Shown here: positions 1 through 9,944 of the stretch, one piece after another
Numbering within the stretch: position 1 is the stretch's first letter
Layout of the letters: each line of letters begins with the position of its first letter
Assembly: GCA_034435955.1 (NCBI GenBank)
Contig: DAOTWA010000027.1
Location: 16,325 to 80,324 of the forward strand
Source of the DNA: Anaerolineaceae bacterium
GTDB lineage: Bacteria > Chloroflexota > Anaerolineae > Anaerolineales > Anaerolineaceae
Direction: 5' to 3'
DNA length: 64,000 nucleotides
Made by a program: the position numbers and the translations under genes
Notes under the pieces: model-generated
Databases searched by the model: none
What the model was told of the DNA's origin: nothing
The model's input: the letters and a program-made list of their open reading frames with translations, nothing else

Positions 1-584
1 CCGCGCCGTCCATCCAAGGCATCATCGCGCAGCGCCGAGGGCGGAGCAGTGACCATCAGGATTGTGGCAGGCTTTTCCTGGTCGGCGTTCACGATCCGTC
101 TTCCTGGGAAACCCGTGTAATAAGCCACATCACCGGCTTCCAAATCGGCTGGTTCGCCCTTCTCGGCAATCAGTCTGATGCGCCCTTCCAGCACGTAAAT
201 CAGCATGTCGCCTTCGTGGGTGCGGTAATGCGAATCGCCCTGGCCCGGAGCGATGCGCACCATGAGCGGCTCCATACGAGCACCATTCCGGTAGGACAGC
301 AGCATAAAAGCCGATTTATTGGGTTCAACAGACGACAATTGCTTTTGAAGGTGGGCTTTGCGCGTGATCAGCACCGAACTATCCTCAACGCCCTGGAATA
401 GGTGCACCAGGCGCACCTGGTAGAAGCGCGCCAGCCGTTCCAGGTTGTCCACACTGATAGACACTTTGTCACGTTCGACCAAGCTGAGAAAAGAAACCGA
501 CAATCCGGTTTCTTCGGAAACCTGCTTAAGGGTCAGGTTTCGGTCAACGCGTAATTCTCTGAGACGATCACCTAGTAGTGGCAT
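1..584 (-). CDS. XRE-family helix-turn-helix transcriptional regulator with C-terminal cupin domain (3' end cut by window edge)
   Basis: Absent from the ORF track because it runs off the window edge. Reverse translation from ATG at 584 gives MPLLGDRLRELRVDRNLTLKQVSEETGLSVSFLSLVERDKVSISVDNLERLARFY (XRE-type HTH), then ...GDSHYRTHEGDMLIYVLEGRIRLIAEKGEPADLEAGDVAYY (cupin-like motifs). The frame stays open to position 1. Confidence 0.75.
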   Translation of the reverse strand, partial: MPLLGDRLRELRVDRNLTLKQVSEETGLSVSFLSLVERDKVSISVDNLERLARFYQVRLVHLFQGVEDSSVLITRKAHLQKQLSSVEPNKSAFMLLSYRNGARMEPLMVRIAPGQGDSHYRTHEGDMLIYVLEGRIRLIAEKGEPADLEAGDVAYYTGFPGRRIVNADQEKPATILMVTAPPSALRDDALDGRR

Positions 585-767
585 TTTATCTTCCCCATGT
601 GTTAGATTTTTATTTTGTTGAAACTTTACTTTATGATAGCAAGAGATTGAGTTTATGTCAAATAGTTCAAAGCGGCAATAGCGAGCAAATCGCTCAAAGG
701 AATCTCAAGCGAGCAAATCCTACCTTGCCAATGTCTTAAAGAACGGGTTCCCCCTTTTCTGACTGAA

Positions 768-1226
768 TTAACCGTTATTTTCGAAGATCCAGCGATCCGT
801 ATCGCGCCTCCAGGAGACCAGCTCGTCTGCTCTGAACCACAGGGCCACCTCGCTTTCACCATTTTCAGGGCTGTCTGACGCATGCGTCAGGTTGCGCCCC
901 ACTTCCAGGGCGAAGTCGTGACGCAATGTTCCAGGGGCGGCGTCTACGGGTCGCGTCGCGCCCATCATCTGACGGACGGCGGCTACGGCGTTTGGTCCTT
1001 CCCATACCATGGCCATTACCGGAGCGGAGGTGATGTATTCGATCAAGCCCGGATAGAAGGGTTTCCCCTTGTGGATGGCATAGTGTTTCTCGGCCAGCTC
1101 CTTGTCGATTTGCACGAATTTAGCAGCCACGAGGCGCAGCCCGCGGCGTTCCAAACGCTGGATGACCTCGCCGATGAGCCCGCGCTGGACTCCGTCTGGC
1201 TTCACCAACACCAATGTTTTTTCCAC
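768..1226 (-). CDS. ndk: nucleoside diphosphate kinase
   Basis: EKTLVLVKPDGVQRGLIGEVI...NLTHASDSPENGESE is typical Ndk, including the active-site His in NLTHASD. The track start (GTG 1232) overlaps the AAGGAGG Shine-Dalgarno, so I prefer the second GTG at 1226, about 5 nt after it. Confidence 0.93.
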   Translation of the reverse strand: MEKTLVLVKPDGVQRGLIGEVIQRLERRGLRLVAAKFVQIDKELAEKHYAIHKGKPFYPGLIEYITSAPVMAMVWEGPNAVAAVRQMMGATRPVDAAPGTLRHDFALEVGRNLTHASDSPENGESEVALWFRADELVSWRRDTDRWIFENNG

Positions 1227-1240
1227 GCACACCTCCTTGT

Positions 1241-1278
1241 TTAATTAAAACTCAATCGGGGTATTTTCCCCGATTGAG
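1241..1278 (-). terminator. rho-independent terminator downstream of the TPR gene
   Basis: Perfect 11-bp inverted repeat ctcaatcgggg (1251-1261) / ccccgattgag (1268-1278) with a 6-nt loop. On the minus strand it is followed by ttttaattaa. It lies 21 nt after the stop at 1299. Confidence 0.7.
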
Positions 1279-1298
1279 CATTTTACCAGAGAAAAGAA

Positions 1299-4200
1299 TT
1301 AACGCAGCAGCTCTTCAGCCCGGCTGTAGGCCTCAAGGGCATCCTGGAGCCGGTCGGCGTGCATGTACGCATCGCCCAGAGTCTGCCACAGTTCTTGCGA
1401 GTCTGGATGTTGATAGACGCTTTGCCGCAAGTCGAAAATGACGTTATCCAGGAACTGGTCGGCCTCGATCAGCCTGGAATACTCGCTGAGAGCTGCCGCC
1501 AAGTTGCCTTCTGCCAGGAATCTTTGTGCGAGGACGAGGGCCATGGTGAAATCCTGCGGCTCTGCCTGCCCGGCAGGGAACACCTCAGCGGGTTCGTGCC
1601 CGGGAATTCCAGGTTCTTCTGCGATCCATTGAGCGTCTGGCCCAGTTTGTTCGGAAGGGCTAGTTCCTCGCTGTGCCTCAGCTTCTGACCAGGTTTCTAC
1701 CCCGGTTGTTGCAGCGGGAGGTTGAGGCGGCGGCTCCAATCCACGCAGCCAGTCTGGCAGCTCCTCCCCGCTGGGTGGTGGTGCTTCGGAGGTGATCTCG
1801 GGTTGAGCCTCCTCCTGGAACCACGCGGGAGGCTCGATGGGGTGAGCGGTTTCTCCTACGGCTGGCTGAGGTGCAGCATCGCCGGCAGCTTGCGCGCCCA
1901 TCACCCGTAACCATTCGGGCAGGTCTTCCCCGCTTGGAGTTGGCTTTTCTTCTTCCGATCTCGGAAGTTCCTCGGCAGATTGTACGCTTTCCAGCCATTC
2001 GGGGATTTTTTCTGCCGGTTCGGATACCTGCGGGGCTTCAGGTTGGGTTTCGCGACCTTCGACCTGCGCCTGAATCTCACGCAGCCAATCCGGCATTTCC
2101 TCGCCGGGCAACCCTTCTTCCATTTCCGGCGAAGAAGTCTGCACATCTTCAGGAGAAGGCGCAGGCTCTTCAGCCTGAACTTCGGCGTTGGTTTCAGCCA
2201 TGGGTGTTTCGCCCGGAACTTCAGCAGCTACCGCCGTGGTTTCTTCGCCTCCCAGCAGTTGGACCACCCATTCAGGCGGGGCTTCACCCCGTTCTTCCAT
2301 TGGGGTGATCGATTCTTCCATCGGCGCTTCCTGTTCTGCTGTCGGGCTCTCTGGCGGAGGAAATATCTCCTCGTCAGAGATTGTTGCGGGCGCCGCGGAT
2401 TGCCCGGAAGACGCCTGCTCTTCTTCAATTGCCTCCGGTTCTACAGACGGCCTTTCCAGCGGCAATTCTACGACTGCCTCGGTTGGGCTGTACGGCATCT
2501 CGCCGATGTCGGCAGTCGCTGCAGCGGGTTTCTCGCCTTTCAGGTCTTCCCCGGCAGTTGGAGTCTCCATAGGCGCTTCTGGCTCTTCCGCTCCAATTTG
2601 TGCGACTGGCTCTTTTTCCTGGCCGGGTAAAACTCCTTCCTGCTCGATCAGAGCTGCTGCCCCGGGACCGGCAGGAAGTTCCGCCTCTATTTCAGGAGGG
2701 GCTTCTGTTTCCACTTCCCATGGCGTGATGGGCGGAGATTCGACGGTACCGGCGCTAGCCTGTGTTTGCGGCTCAACCGTTTCCTGTTCTTCTATGGCTG
2801 GCTGCGCTTCGCCTGGTGTCATGGGTTGAACAGGCGCTTCTTCTTCCGGCAATGCAGCTTTGATCTCCTCAATCCATGAGGGAATTTCCATGACGGGTAT
2901 TGTGGTTTCAATGGGCGTCGCTTCAGCGGGCGCCTCTGGTGCGGGGCTTATCTCTTCCATCCAACTGGGTAGCACCTCGGGAGCCGTCTCGCTCGGCGGC
3001 GGCCCGGCGCTCTCCTCCGGCTCCGTCGCAGTCAAGGCTTTGATCCAGGCGGGTATTTCGGTGGCCGATTGTGCGGCTTCCTTGCCACGGATTTCGGCTT
3101 CCTCACTCTGCTCGGGAGCAGCCGGTAGAATTGCCTCTGGCTTCTCTGCCACCGCAGGGATTTCATGGGATGGTGGGATTTCTGCGACTTCGCCTTCCGG
3201 AATGGCCTCTGGCGGCTGCATGGCCTCCAGGTCAGCTTCTTCTATCATTGCTTCAGGCAACCACTCAGATGGCGTTTCAACACCTTCCACCTCGGGAGCT
3301 AAAGGCTCTCCTGCACCGCTTTGAACTGCGGCCAATCCTTCTAACCAGGCCGCCGACTGACCCTGATCGCCCGCGGCCGGGAGCTCGCCAGCGGCCTCGC
3401 CCAGGGGCAGGTCGAGATTTTCGCCGACTTCACCGGTTTGAGCGGTCCATTCTTCCTGTCCGGAAGTCCCGATCTCATCCGCCCATTCCGGCATTCCCGC
3501 GAGCGGCATCGGGTGTGCAGTCTTGATTTCCTGGGTATCTTCTGTAGCCTCGCTGGCTGCTGTTCCTTGCATTTGATCTTCGCCCGGCGTCTCGTCCGTG
3601 GGTGTTACGCCAGCGATCGCCGATGATTCGCGCAGGGAGCTCAGCCATTCTGCCGTGATGTCTTCCTCGCCGGCAGGGGCAGCCTCTTCGCGCGGCGCCT
3701 CCTCCGTCCATTCGGCGGGAATGGCGGGAATCTCACCCGCCTCCGCTGGAGGAGCTTCAACCGGCGTTTCGCTCAACCAATCGGGCATCTCTTCGGTCGA
3801 AGCCTGTGGCATTACCGGAGCTTTGATCTCCTGGGTATCCTCAAGCGCGGAAGGCGTTTCTTCCAGCCAGCCAGAGGCACCGATTTCATCGGTAGGCGGC
3901 TTCCTTTCGGCCATTTCCCCGGCAGCCTCTGGCGTTCCCGAAATCCCTTTCAACCATTCTGGCAGGGCCTGTTCCTCATAATGGGCGGTTGATTGGCTCT
4001 CTTCCTGACCCGTTTCTTGGGCGGGAAGAATTTGCTCTTCTGGCGTACTGGCGGGTGCCATGGCACGTAGCCAGTCAGGAATATCTGCAGGCGCCAGCCC
4101 TCCCACGCCGGCTTCTGGGCTCTCTTCCAATGGCGGAGGCGCTTCATCTGCCGGTGTCGCGGACACCGCCCAGCCCGCTGCCTGCATCCACTCGGGGATC

Positions 4201-5216
4201 TCGAACGCTTCACTGGCGGGGTATGGCGGCTTTTCGCCCTCGGTTGGCTTTCCGCCTGGAGGCTGCTGTAATTGGTCCTCCAAGAAAGGAGGAGGGCCAG
4301 CGGGTTTTTCGCCTGTGGATACAGCGCTCTTCTCGATGGATGCCAGCCAATCTGGGACCTGCTGTGAGGATGCTCCTCCTTCGCCGATATCGATCCCCAG
4401 CGTAGACGCCCAGCGAGGTTGGCCGGGAACCTGCGCGCTCTCTGCATCGTACACCAGGCGTTCGATGGTGATCGCGTTATCGGGGACGTTTTCTGGATTT
4501 GGCGAGGTTGGGGAGGTCAAGGCAGCATAAGGATCCAGGGAACACACCCGCTGCAAGTATACCTCTGCGTCCTCAGCACGGCTGGTGCCCGGCAGCACCT
4601 GTGTCAAAATGCGATTGGCATCGTAGCAGTATGGGAACTTGTTAAGGATCTCGCTGCATGTCTCGACGGCTTCGATACGCTGCCCGTTTTGGAAGTATAG
4701 TTTTGCCAGGAGGATCTTCAAATCAGGGCGGTTAGGATCTTCGGCGAGGGCGGCTTTAGCTTCTGCAATCGCCTGCCGGTAAAGGTTACCGCGCGCATAC
4801 ATGCGCACCAGAGCGCCCCGGGTGATGCGCACCCGTGGAGGTTCAACCCCGTCTCGCCTCCCGTACAGGCGCCGCAGCTCATCCTGAACGGCATGGTTGG
4901 AGGGTTGCACCTCCATGGCCCGTTCCATATGCCAGATGGCTGCGTCCAGGTTGCCTTCATCCTCGCGGATGATGCTCATCCCAATATGGGCGATGAAATC
5001 ATCAGGAAATGTGGAAAGGACGCGTTGGAAGATATCCGCAGCTTCTGTGTACCGCTGACTCTCCAGGAATGCTTTTCCCAGCAAGCGGTAGGTAGCGACG
5101 TGTTTGGGATAAATCTGCAGGATGTGGAGGCAGTGAGCGATTGCTTCTTCGAATTGCCCGCGATCGATCAAGTTTTCGATCTCGCGGTTGTATAAGCGAA
5201 GAGGTACACTGGTCAT
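1299..5216 (-). CDS. TPR-repeat protein with ~900-aa acidic Pro/Glu-rich central spacer carrying repeated P-x-W-hydrophobic motifs
   Basis: 1305-aa ORF. The N-terminal ~260 aa and C-terminal ~110 aa read as TPR helices (e.g. AIAHCLHILQIYPKHVATYRLLGKAFLESQRYTEAADIFQRVL; ELWQTLGDAYMHADRLQDALEAYSRAEELL). The centre is low-complexity E/P/A-rich. Flanked by its own terminator (1241-1278). Confidence 0.85.
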   Translation of the reverse strand: MTSVPLRLYNREIENLIDRGQFEEAIAHCLHILQIYPKHVATYRLLGKAFLESQRYTEAADIFQRVLSTFPDDFIAHIGMSIIREDEGNLDAAIWHMERAMEVQPSNHAVQDELRRLYGRRDGVEPPRVRITRGALVRMYARGNLYRQAIAEAKAALAEDPNRPDLKILLAKLYFQNGQRIEAVETCSEILNKFPYCYDANRILTQVLPGTSRAEDAEVYLQRVCSLDPYAALTSPTSPNPENVPDNAITIERLVYDAESAQVPGQPRWASTLGIDIGEGGASSQQVPDWLASIEKSAVSTGEKPAGPPPFLEDQLQQPPGGKPTEGEKPPYPASEAFEIPEWMQAAGWAVSATPADEAPPPLEESPEAGVGGLAPADIPDWLRAMAPASTPEEQILPAQETGQEESQSTAHYEEQALPEWLKGISGTPEAAGEMAERKPPTDEIGASGWLEETPSALEDTQEIKAPVMPQASTEEMPDWLSETPVEAPPAEAGEIPAIPAEWTEEAPREEAAPAGEEDITAEWLSSLRESSAIAGVTPTDETPGEDQMQGTAASEATEDTQEIKTAHPMPLAGMPEWADEIGTSGQEEWTAQTGEVGENLDLPLGEAAGELPAAGDQGQSAAWLEGLAAVQSGAGEPLAPEVEGVETPSEWLPEAMIEEADLEAMQPPEAIPEGEVAEIPPSHEIPAVAEKPEAILPAAPEQSEEAEIRGKEAAQSATEIPAWIKALTATEPEESAGPPPSETAPEVLPSWMEEISPAPEAPAEATPIETTIPVMEIPSWIEEIKAALPEEEAPVQPMTPGEAQPAIEEQETVEPQTQASAGTVESPPITPWEVETEAPPEIEAELPAGPGAAALIEQEGVLPGQEKEPVAQIGAEEPEAPMETPTAGEDLKGEKPAAATADIGEMPYSPTEAVVELPLERPSVEPEAIEEEQASSGQSAAPATISDEEIFPPPESPTAEQEAPMEESITPMEERGEAPPEWVVQLLGGEETTAVAAEVPGETPMAETNAEVQAEEPAPSPEDVQTSSPEMEEGLPGEEMPDWLREIQAQVEGRETQPEAPQVSEPAEKIPEWLESVQSAEELPRSEEEKPTPSGEDLPEWLRVMGAQAAGDAAPQPAVGETAHPIEPPAWFQEEAQPEITSEAPPPSGEELPDWLRGLEPPPQPPAATTGVETWSEAEAQRGTSPSEQTGPDAQWIAEEPGIPGHEPAEVFPAGQAEPQDFTMALVLAQRFLAEGNLAAALSEYSRLIEADQFLDNVIFDLRQSVYQHPDSQELWQTLGDAYMHADRLQDALEAYSRAEELLR

Positions 5217-5420
5217 GATAAAAGGTCTCCCTTGACCTGCTGCGCCTTATGAAATGGGCAAAGCCTTGGAAGCCGATACTGAGCTTGCCGGGATGGGATT
5301 CGGCTTCGCAATTAGCGCAGTCCCCGGTTAGTATGCCTTAAACCGGTTGATATAGCAAGTGCATCCTCCAGAAACTAACAGTATCGAAAGGGGTGCAGGG
5401 GTTATGCCAGATTCTACAGT

Positions 5421-5461
5421 GAAAAAGAAACGTGCGGCGCGTTGAAACAAAGCGCCGCACG
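5421..5461 (-). terminator. rho-independent terminator downstream of rpoD
   Basis: Perfect 10-bp stem cgtgcggcgc (5431-5440) / gcgccgcacg (5452-5461) with an 11-nt loop. On the minus strand it is followed by tttcttttt. It lies 27 nt after the rpoD stop. Confidence 0.7.
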
Positions 5462-5487
5462 TTGCCGAGGAGAATACTCCCAGATGA

Positions 5488-6705
5488 TCACTCACCCAGG
5501 TAATCACGCAGTTTGCGTCGGATCGAAGGATGTCGCAACCGGCTGAGCGCCTGTGCCTCGATTTGGCGCACGCGTTCTCGGGTGACGCCCATCTTTCGAC
5601 CGACTTCCTCTAGGGTATAGGCCTGGCCGTCCAGCAGTCCGTAGCGAAGCTGGAGGATACGCACTTCACGAGGCGGGAGGGTGTTCAGCACCTCCTCCAG
5701 ATGTTCGCGCAGCAAGTTATAGGTGGCTGTGTCGTCTGGAGGGGGAGCTTCCTCGTCTTCGATGAAGTCTCCCAGGACGGAGTCCTCCTCATCGTCCGTA
5801 GGCGTCTCCAGGGAAAGCGGTCGCCGCGCGACCTGGATCATGTTTTCCACTTTCTTGGGCGGCACGTCCAGGGCGTCAGCCAGCTCTTCGACTGAAGGAT
5901 CGCGACCCAGCCGCTGGGTAAGCTGATGCTGGACCCGCAGGAGCTTGTTAATCTGGTCGCCCATATGTACGGGTACCCGGATCGTTCGCCCCTGGTCTGC
6001 GATGGCGCGGGTTACCGCCTGGCGGATCCACCAGGTCGCATAGGTGCTGAACTTGTGTCCGCGCCGGTAATCGAACTTCTTTGTGGCACGGATCAGGCCG
6101 ATGTTGCCCTCTTGAATCAGGTCAAGGAAAGGAACGCCGCGGCCCATATACTTCTTGGCCACACTGATCACCAGGCGCGAGTTGGCGGTGATCAGGTGCT
6201 CGCGGGCAGCCCAACCGTCTTCGATCAAGCGGCGCAGTTCCTGTCTCCGACGAGGGCTGACATTGCCGCGGGCCAGCTCTTCGCGAGCCATGCGGCCGCG
6301 TTCGATACGCTGGGCTAGCTCCACTTCTTCCTCGGCGGTAAGCAGGGGCACCCGGCTGACCTCTTTCAAATACAGGCCGATGGTGTCATCGGTGTCGATA
6401 TTCGCCAGGTCATCCAGGGTTAACTCGCGAACAGGCTCCTCAGTTTCTTCTTCTTCGGAGACCAGCTCCTCTTCCGTAGGCTCTTCGATCGCCGTCGAAT
6501 CCTCCAAGTAAGGGATACCGGCGCTGATCAAAGCGGCGAAGGCCTCTTCTAGCTGCTCAACATCCTGTTCGGCTTCTGGGAAGAAGTGTAGAATGTCATC
6601 AATGGTGACATAGCCTTTTTGTCGCCCAAGCTCAATGAGATGGGCGATGGCTGGGTATTCCTCCTCCTCTTCCTCTTCAACGTTAATCAAAACATCATCC
6701 ATCAT
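5488..6705 (-). CDS. rpoD: primary (group 1) RNA polymerase sigma-70 factor
   Basis: Acidic region 1.1 (EEEEEEEY). Region 2 reads [55 protein letters not shown]. Region 4 reads [30 protein letters not shown]. Confidence 0.95.
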   Translation of the reverse strand: MMDDVLINVEEEEEEEYPAIAHLIELGRQKGYVTIDDILHFFPEAEQDVEQLEEAFAALISAGIPYLEDSTAIEEPTEEELVSEEEETEEPVRELTLDDLANIDTDDTIGLYLKEVSRVPLLTAEEEVELAQRIERGRMAREELARGNVSPRRRQELRRLIEDGWAAREHLITANSRLVISVAKKYMGRGVPFLDLIQEGNIGLIRATKKFDYRRGHKFSTYATWWIRQAVTRAIADQGRTIRVPVHMGDQINKLLRVQHQLTQRLGRDPSVEELADALDVPPKKVENMIQVARRPLSLETPTDDEEDSVLGDFIEDEEAPPPDDTATYNLLREHLEEVLNTLPPREVRILQLRYGLLDGQAYTLEEVGRKMGVTRERVRQIEAQALSRLRHPSIRRKLRDYLGE

Positions 6706-6953
6706 AAGATACTAAATCCTCATCCGGTTTCATTTCAACGCTGTGCTCGCAGCACACCGTATGTATCAAACAATCTGCAAACTTCGCATAGTTTTTGATG
6801 CTACTTTGTCGTACATTCTTATCCAGAATACTCTTTTTTAAGGAAAAAATCAATACCTCCTGGATCATTGAGCATTAAATTTCTATGAGAAATTCTTTCA
6901 TAATTTTAATTGCCTCCTATCCGAGTTTACGGTGATTATTTTCCTGGAGAAAA

Positions 6954-7634
6954 TCATCCTCCTGATTGCGGGGTCGGTGTATCGCTCGCGACCGGCGTTG
7001 TGGCTGGTGTCGTACCAACGGGCTTATCCGGCGAATTGGTTGCCGTCGTCCCCGTCGCAGAGCTTGTCGTCGGCGAGGGCGTACCTCCTGTCGGGGATGG
7101 CGTGGGCGTAGGGGGTGTTAGCAGGTCGATGATTGCGCTCAAACCGGTGCCATCCACGACGACCGGCGATTTGCCATCCACCGAAACATAATATCCCGCG
7201 CCGGTCGGGGTTTTGTCGCCTATCTGAAGCACGTAACCTGCGCCGTCGTCCAGGGTTATGTGGATGGTGTAATGGGGCTTCTCCAGGCCGATAACATTCA
7301 GCGCTGGCACCGTCTCCAGGGAATTGAGCACATTCAACCCACGAATTTCTACCATCGCGTTGCTTACCGTGTCAGCATTCAGATGACTGTACTCTTCCGG
7401 GCTGGGTGTATAGTTGCCCTGACTGTCTTGCGTCAGGATGATGCTGCGGCCGGTGTCATCGTTGATCGATACACGCAAGATTTTGTGGGTGCCAAAATCG
7501 ATCAGCGTGGTGTAAGCCGGCGTGGCCGTCGGCTGTGCCTCAGCCTTTTTCTGTTGCATTCTTTGAAAGAAGAATGCCCCGGCCGCTACAATAATAAAGA
7601 CGCCGAGAAGAACCCAGGTATTACGCCTGATCAT
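6954..7634 (-). CDS. DUF4340-like membrane-anchored protein with Pro/Thr/Ser-rich C-terminal tail
   Basis: 226-aa ORF starting 4 nt after the GldG-like gene. N-terminal TM (WVLLGVFIIVAAGAFFF). The body has the layout of the DUF4340 proteins that usually follow GldG genes. Tail reads TPPTPTPSPTGGTPSPTTSSATGTTATNSPDKPVGTTPATTPVASDTPTPQSGG. Confidence 0.6.
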   Translation of the reverse strand: MIRRNTWVLLGVFIIVAAGAFFFQRMQQKKAEAQPTATPAYTTLIDFGTHKILRVSINDDTGRSIILTQDSQGNYTPSPEEYSHLNADTVSNAMVEIRGLNVLNSLETVPALNVIGLEKPHYTIHITLDDGAGYVLQIGDKTPTGAGYYVSVDGKSPVVVDGTGLSAIIDLLTPPTPTPSPTGGTPSPTTSSATGTTATNSPDKPVGTTPATTPVASDTPTPQSGG

Positions 7635-7637
7635 AGA

Positions 7638-9188
7638 TCATCCTTTGCGGCGGCGTTGCAACCAGGTGGTAACGCCCGAGACTACCACCAATCCGGGGAG
7701 TACGAAGACAGAAACCAGCAGCACAAGGCCTATACTGGTGCGCGTTGGCGGCAGCATGATACGCTGGGTCGTATTCTTTGGTGTCAGGTTGATCAAATTG
7801 TCCTGTGAAGCCGCCCAGTCGATCGAGTTGATCAGAAAGTCGCCGTTGCCATATTGGTCGAAATAGGTGTCGGTGGCGAAGTCAGAATCGCCGATGACGA
7901 CCAGCCGGGCCTTTGTCTTAGTATCCGTGGCGGATACCGCTACCGTCACCGGGCCCAGCAGGTCCTGCCCCTGATTGGGCGATACCTGGTTGGCGGCCAG
8001 GTCCTGGAAATTCGTCTCTCCCCACGAACGGTTCGAGGTTTTTACCAGATCGGTCGTAGAAATATCTTGGGAAACGGAATGGGTGGTCAAACTGCGAGCC
8101 GTAGGGAATACGGTTACCAGTCCTTGCAGCTTCTGGGTGATGGTTGAGTTACCGTACTGGGCAGCTACCGCCGCAGTCGGAGGCTGGACAGCCAGATCGA
8201 TGATGATGTCTTTGTCCAGGGATATCCCCCAGGTTTTGTCCAGATAATCGGCCAACGGATCTGCTGCATCACCGAAATCGGTAACCGGCAGGGGTTCCTC
8301 CATAACGACCAATGCCCCACCCTTCGATTGGTAATCCTGCAGAATTTGAACTTCCTTTTCCGATAACGGTTTTCTGGGACCGGCGATGATGATGGCCAGA
8401 GCATCTTTCGGTATGGTCGGATCAACCAGCAGATTGAGGCTCTTAACCGTGTAACTCTTCGCTTCGAGCGTGGACTTGACGCGCGAATAGGCTGTGTTCC
8501 CCGACCCACTCGGGTCGTCCTCCCCATGACCTGTGAGGAAGTAGACCACCCGCGTACCCGGGTTGGTCAATCGGATAAGCGCGGTGTCGAGTTCCTGCTC
8601 ATCGGCAAAGGTCACCTGTTCCATGCGCCCGTTCATCTGGAGTACGATGGTTCCATCGGTTGTCACCTTCGCCTGCTGAGCAGCGATCGGATTTGCCTCA
8701 GGATCGATGAACGTATAATCGAATTTACCGTTGGAGTTGTATTTGAAGTTATCCAACAGCGTCTTGGCGCTATCTGGAGAGGTGCGGCTGGTGAAGAATG
8801 CCTGGGCAGTTACTTTATCCGGCAGTTTCTTGAGCAGGCTGATTGTCTCGGGCGCCAGAGTGTGAGATTGGTCCTGAGTTAGATCCCATCGGACCGGATT
8901 CTTATAAGCTACGTAATTAATGACAATCAGGATACCGAGGAAGGCGATCAGCATGACCAACGCGTTGCTGCCATAGCGGGCCTGCCGCCCGGTGATCGCC
9001 TCACGGGTGCGCTGCGGATCGAACAGCACGAACAGGGCCAGGCCAAGGACGATTACCGCCAGACCGATTTGAACATACAGGCTGAATTCATGCTGGACGA
9101 TGTACAGCCCGCCGGTGACCAGAGCGGCTGCCAGTGCCAGGTATAGCCCAATTGGAGCGAACCGTCGCAACGAGGTGTTCATCGCCAC
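7638..9188 (-). CDS. GldG-like auxiliary component of an ABC-2 type transport system
   Basis: 516 aa with N-terminal TM segments, a large extracytoplasmic body and a C-terminal TM followed by RRRKG. Overlaps the upstream ABC-2 permease by 10 nt. Call is from architecture and context. Confidence 0.7.
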   Translation of the reverse strand: MAMNTSLRRFAPIGLYLALAAALVTGGLYIVQHEFSLYVQIGLAVIVLGLALFVLFDPQRTREAITGRQARYGSNALVMLIAFLGILIVINYVAYKNPVRWDLTQDQSHTLAPETISLLKKLPDKVTAQAFFTSRTSPDSAKTLLDNFKYNSNGKFDYTFIDPEANPIAAQQAKVTTDGTIVLQMNGRMEQVTFADEQELDTALIRLTNPGTRVVYFLTGHGEDDPSGSGNTAYSRVKSTLEAKSYTVKSLNLLVDPTIPKDALAIIIAGPRKPLSEKEVQILQDYQSKGGALVVMEEPLPVTDFGDAADPLADYLDKTWGISLDKDIIIDLAVQPPTAAVAAQYGNSTITQKLQGLVTVFPTARSLTTHSVSQDISTTDLVKTSNRSWGETNFQDLAANQVSPNQGQDLLGPVTVAVSATDTKTKARLVVIGDSDFATDTYFDQYGNGDFLINSIDWAASQDNLINLTPKNTTQRIMLPPTRTSIGLVLLVSVFVLPGLVVVSGVTTWLQRRRKG

Positions 9189-9910
9189 CTCCGCATCTCA
9201 ACGGAGAGGCTGCCTATGAAAAGCCCCAATGCAGTGAGACTGAGGTAATAAACAATATCCTGCAACTGGATCAATCCGGTGTAAAAGGAATTGTAAAAAT
9301 GCTGGCTCATATCCAGATAAGTGAGGAGCTGCCCGCCTCCTGCGCCCATCGCCTGGGCGGGAAATCCGATCAGCCAGAAGATGAGCAAGATGCCTAACCC
9401 CATAAAAAACGCCGCTATTTGATTGCTGAAGAACGATGAGACTGCCACACCGATCGCAGTCAAGGCCATCGATAACAGCAGCATGCCGAGATAACCCGCG
9501 ATCAGCATACCCTGGTCTATGCCGGGTTGTATCATACGGTTTAGGATGAGCGGAAACACCAGGGAAACCACCAGGATGGTGAGCAAGAACAAAACGGCCC
9601 CCAGCCATTTACCGACCACCAACTCCCAATCACGAACCGGGGATGTGAGCAACAACTCCAGCGTCCCCGAACGTTGTTCTTCGGCCAGCAAACGCATGGT
9701 GATTGCCGGAGTAGAAAACAGGAACAGAGTCATCAGTGGGCCAATGACGATCTGAACGTTAGGGGCGAATTGTTGTGCTGCGGCGGCAATAACATTGGCG
9801 TAAAAGATGATCCCCAAGATCAACAGGATTATGAAGGCAACGATGTAGGCGATTGGACTGACGAAATAATGGTTGAACTCTCTTCGGGCGATGATCCAGA
9901 TATTGCGCAT
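9179..9910 (-). CDS. ABC-2 family transporter permease (GldF-like)
   Basis: 243 aa with about six hydrophobic helices. Sits between the ABC ATPase and the GldG-like gene on the same strand. Confidence 0.8.
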   Translation of the reverse strand: MRNIWIIARREFNHYFVSPIAYIVAFIILLILGIIFYANVIAAAAQQFAPNVQIVIGPLMTLFLFSTPAITMRLLAEEQRSGTLELLLTSPVRDWELVVGKWLGAVLFLLTILVVSLVFPLILNRMIQPGIDQGMLIAGYLGMLLLSMALTAIGVAVSSFFSNQIAAFFMGLGILLIFWLIGFPAQAMGAGGGQLLTYLDMSQHFYNSFYTGLIQLQDIVYYLSLTALGLFIGSLSVEMRRWR

Positions 9911-9944
9911 TTTCTATCTCCTCCCCGCAAGGGGAGCAAAATGG

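Noticed and set aside
1359-5195. Dozens of 60-216-aa ORFs in all other frames across the TPR gene, for example 1980-2630 (+), 2188-2829 (+), 2860-3324 (+) and 3950-4447 (-).
   Set aside because: They lie entirely inside the 1305-aa gene. Their products are low-complexity Arg/Ser/Gly/Pro strings, and they have no Shine-Dalgarno sites. The GAR/CCN-rich repetitive coding sequence simply lacks stop codons in the other frames.
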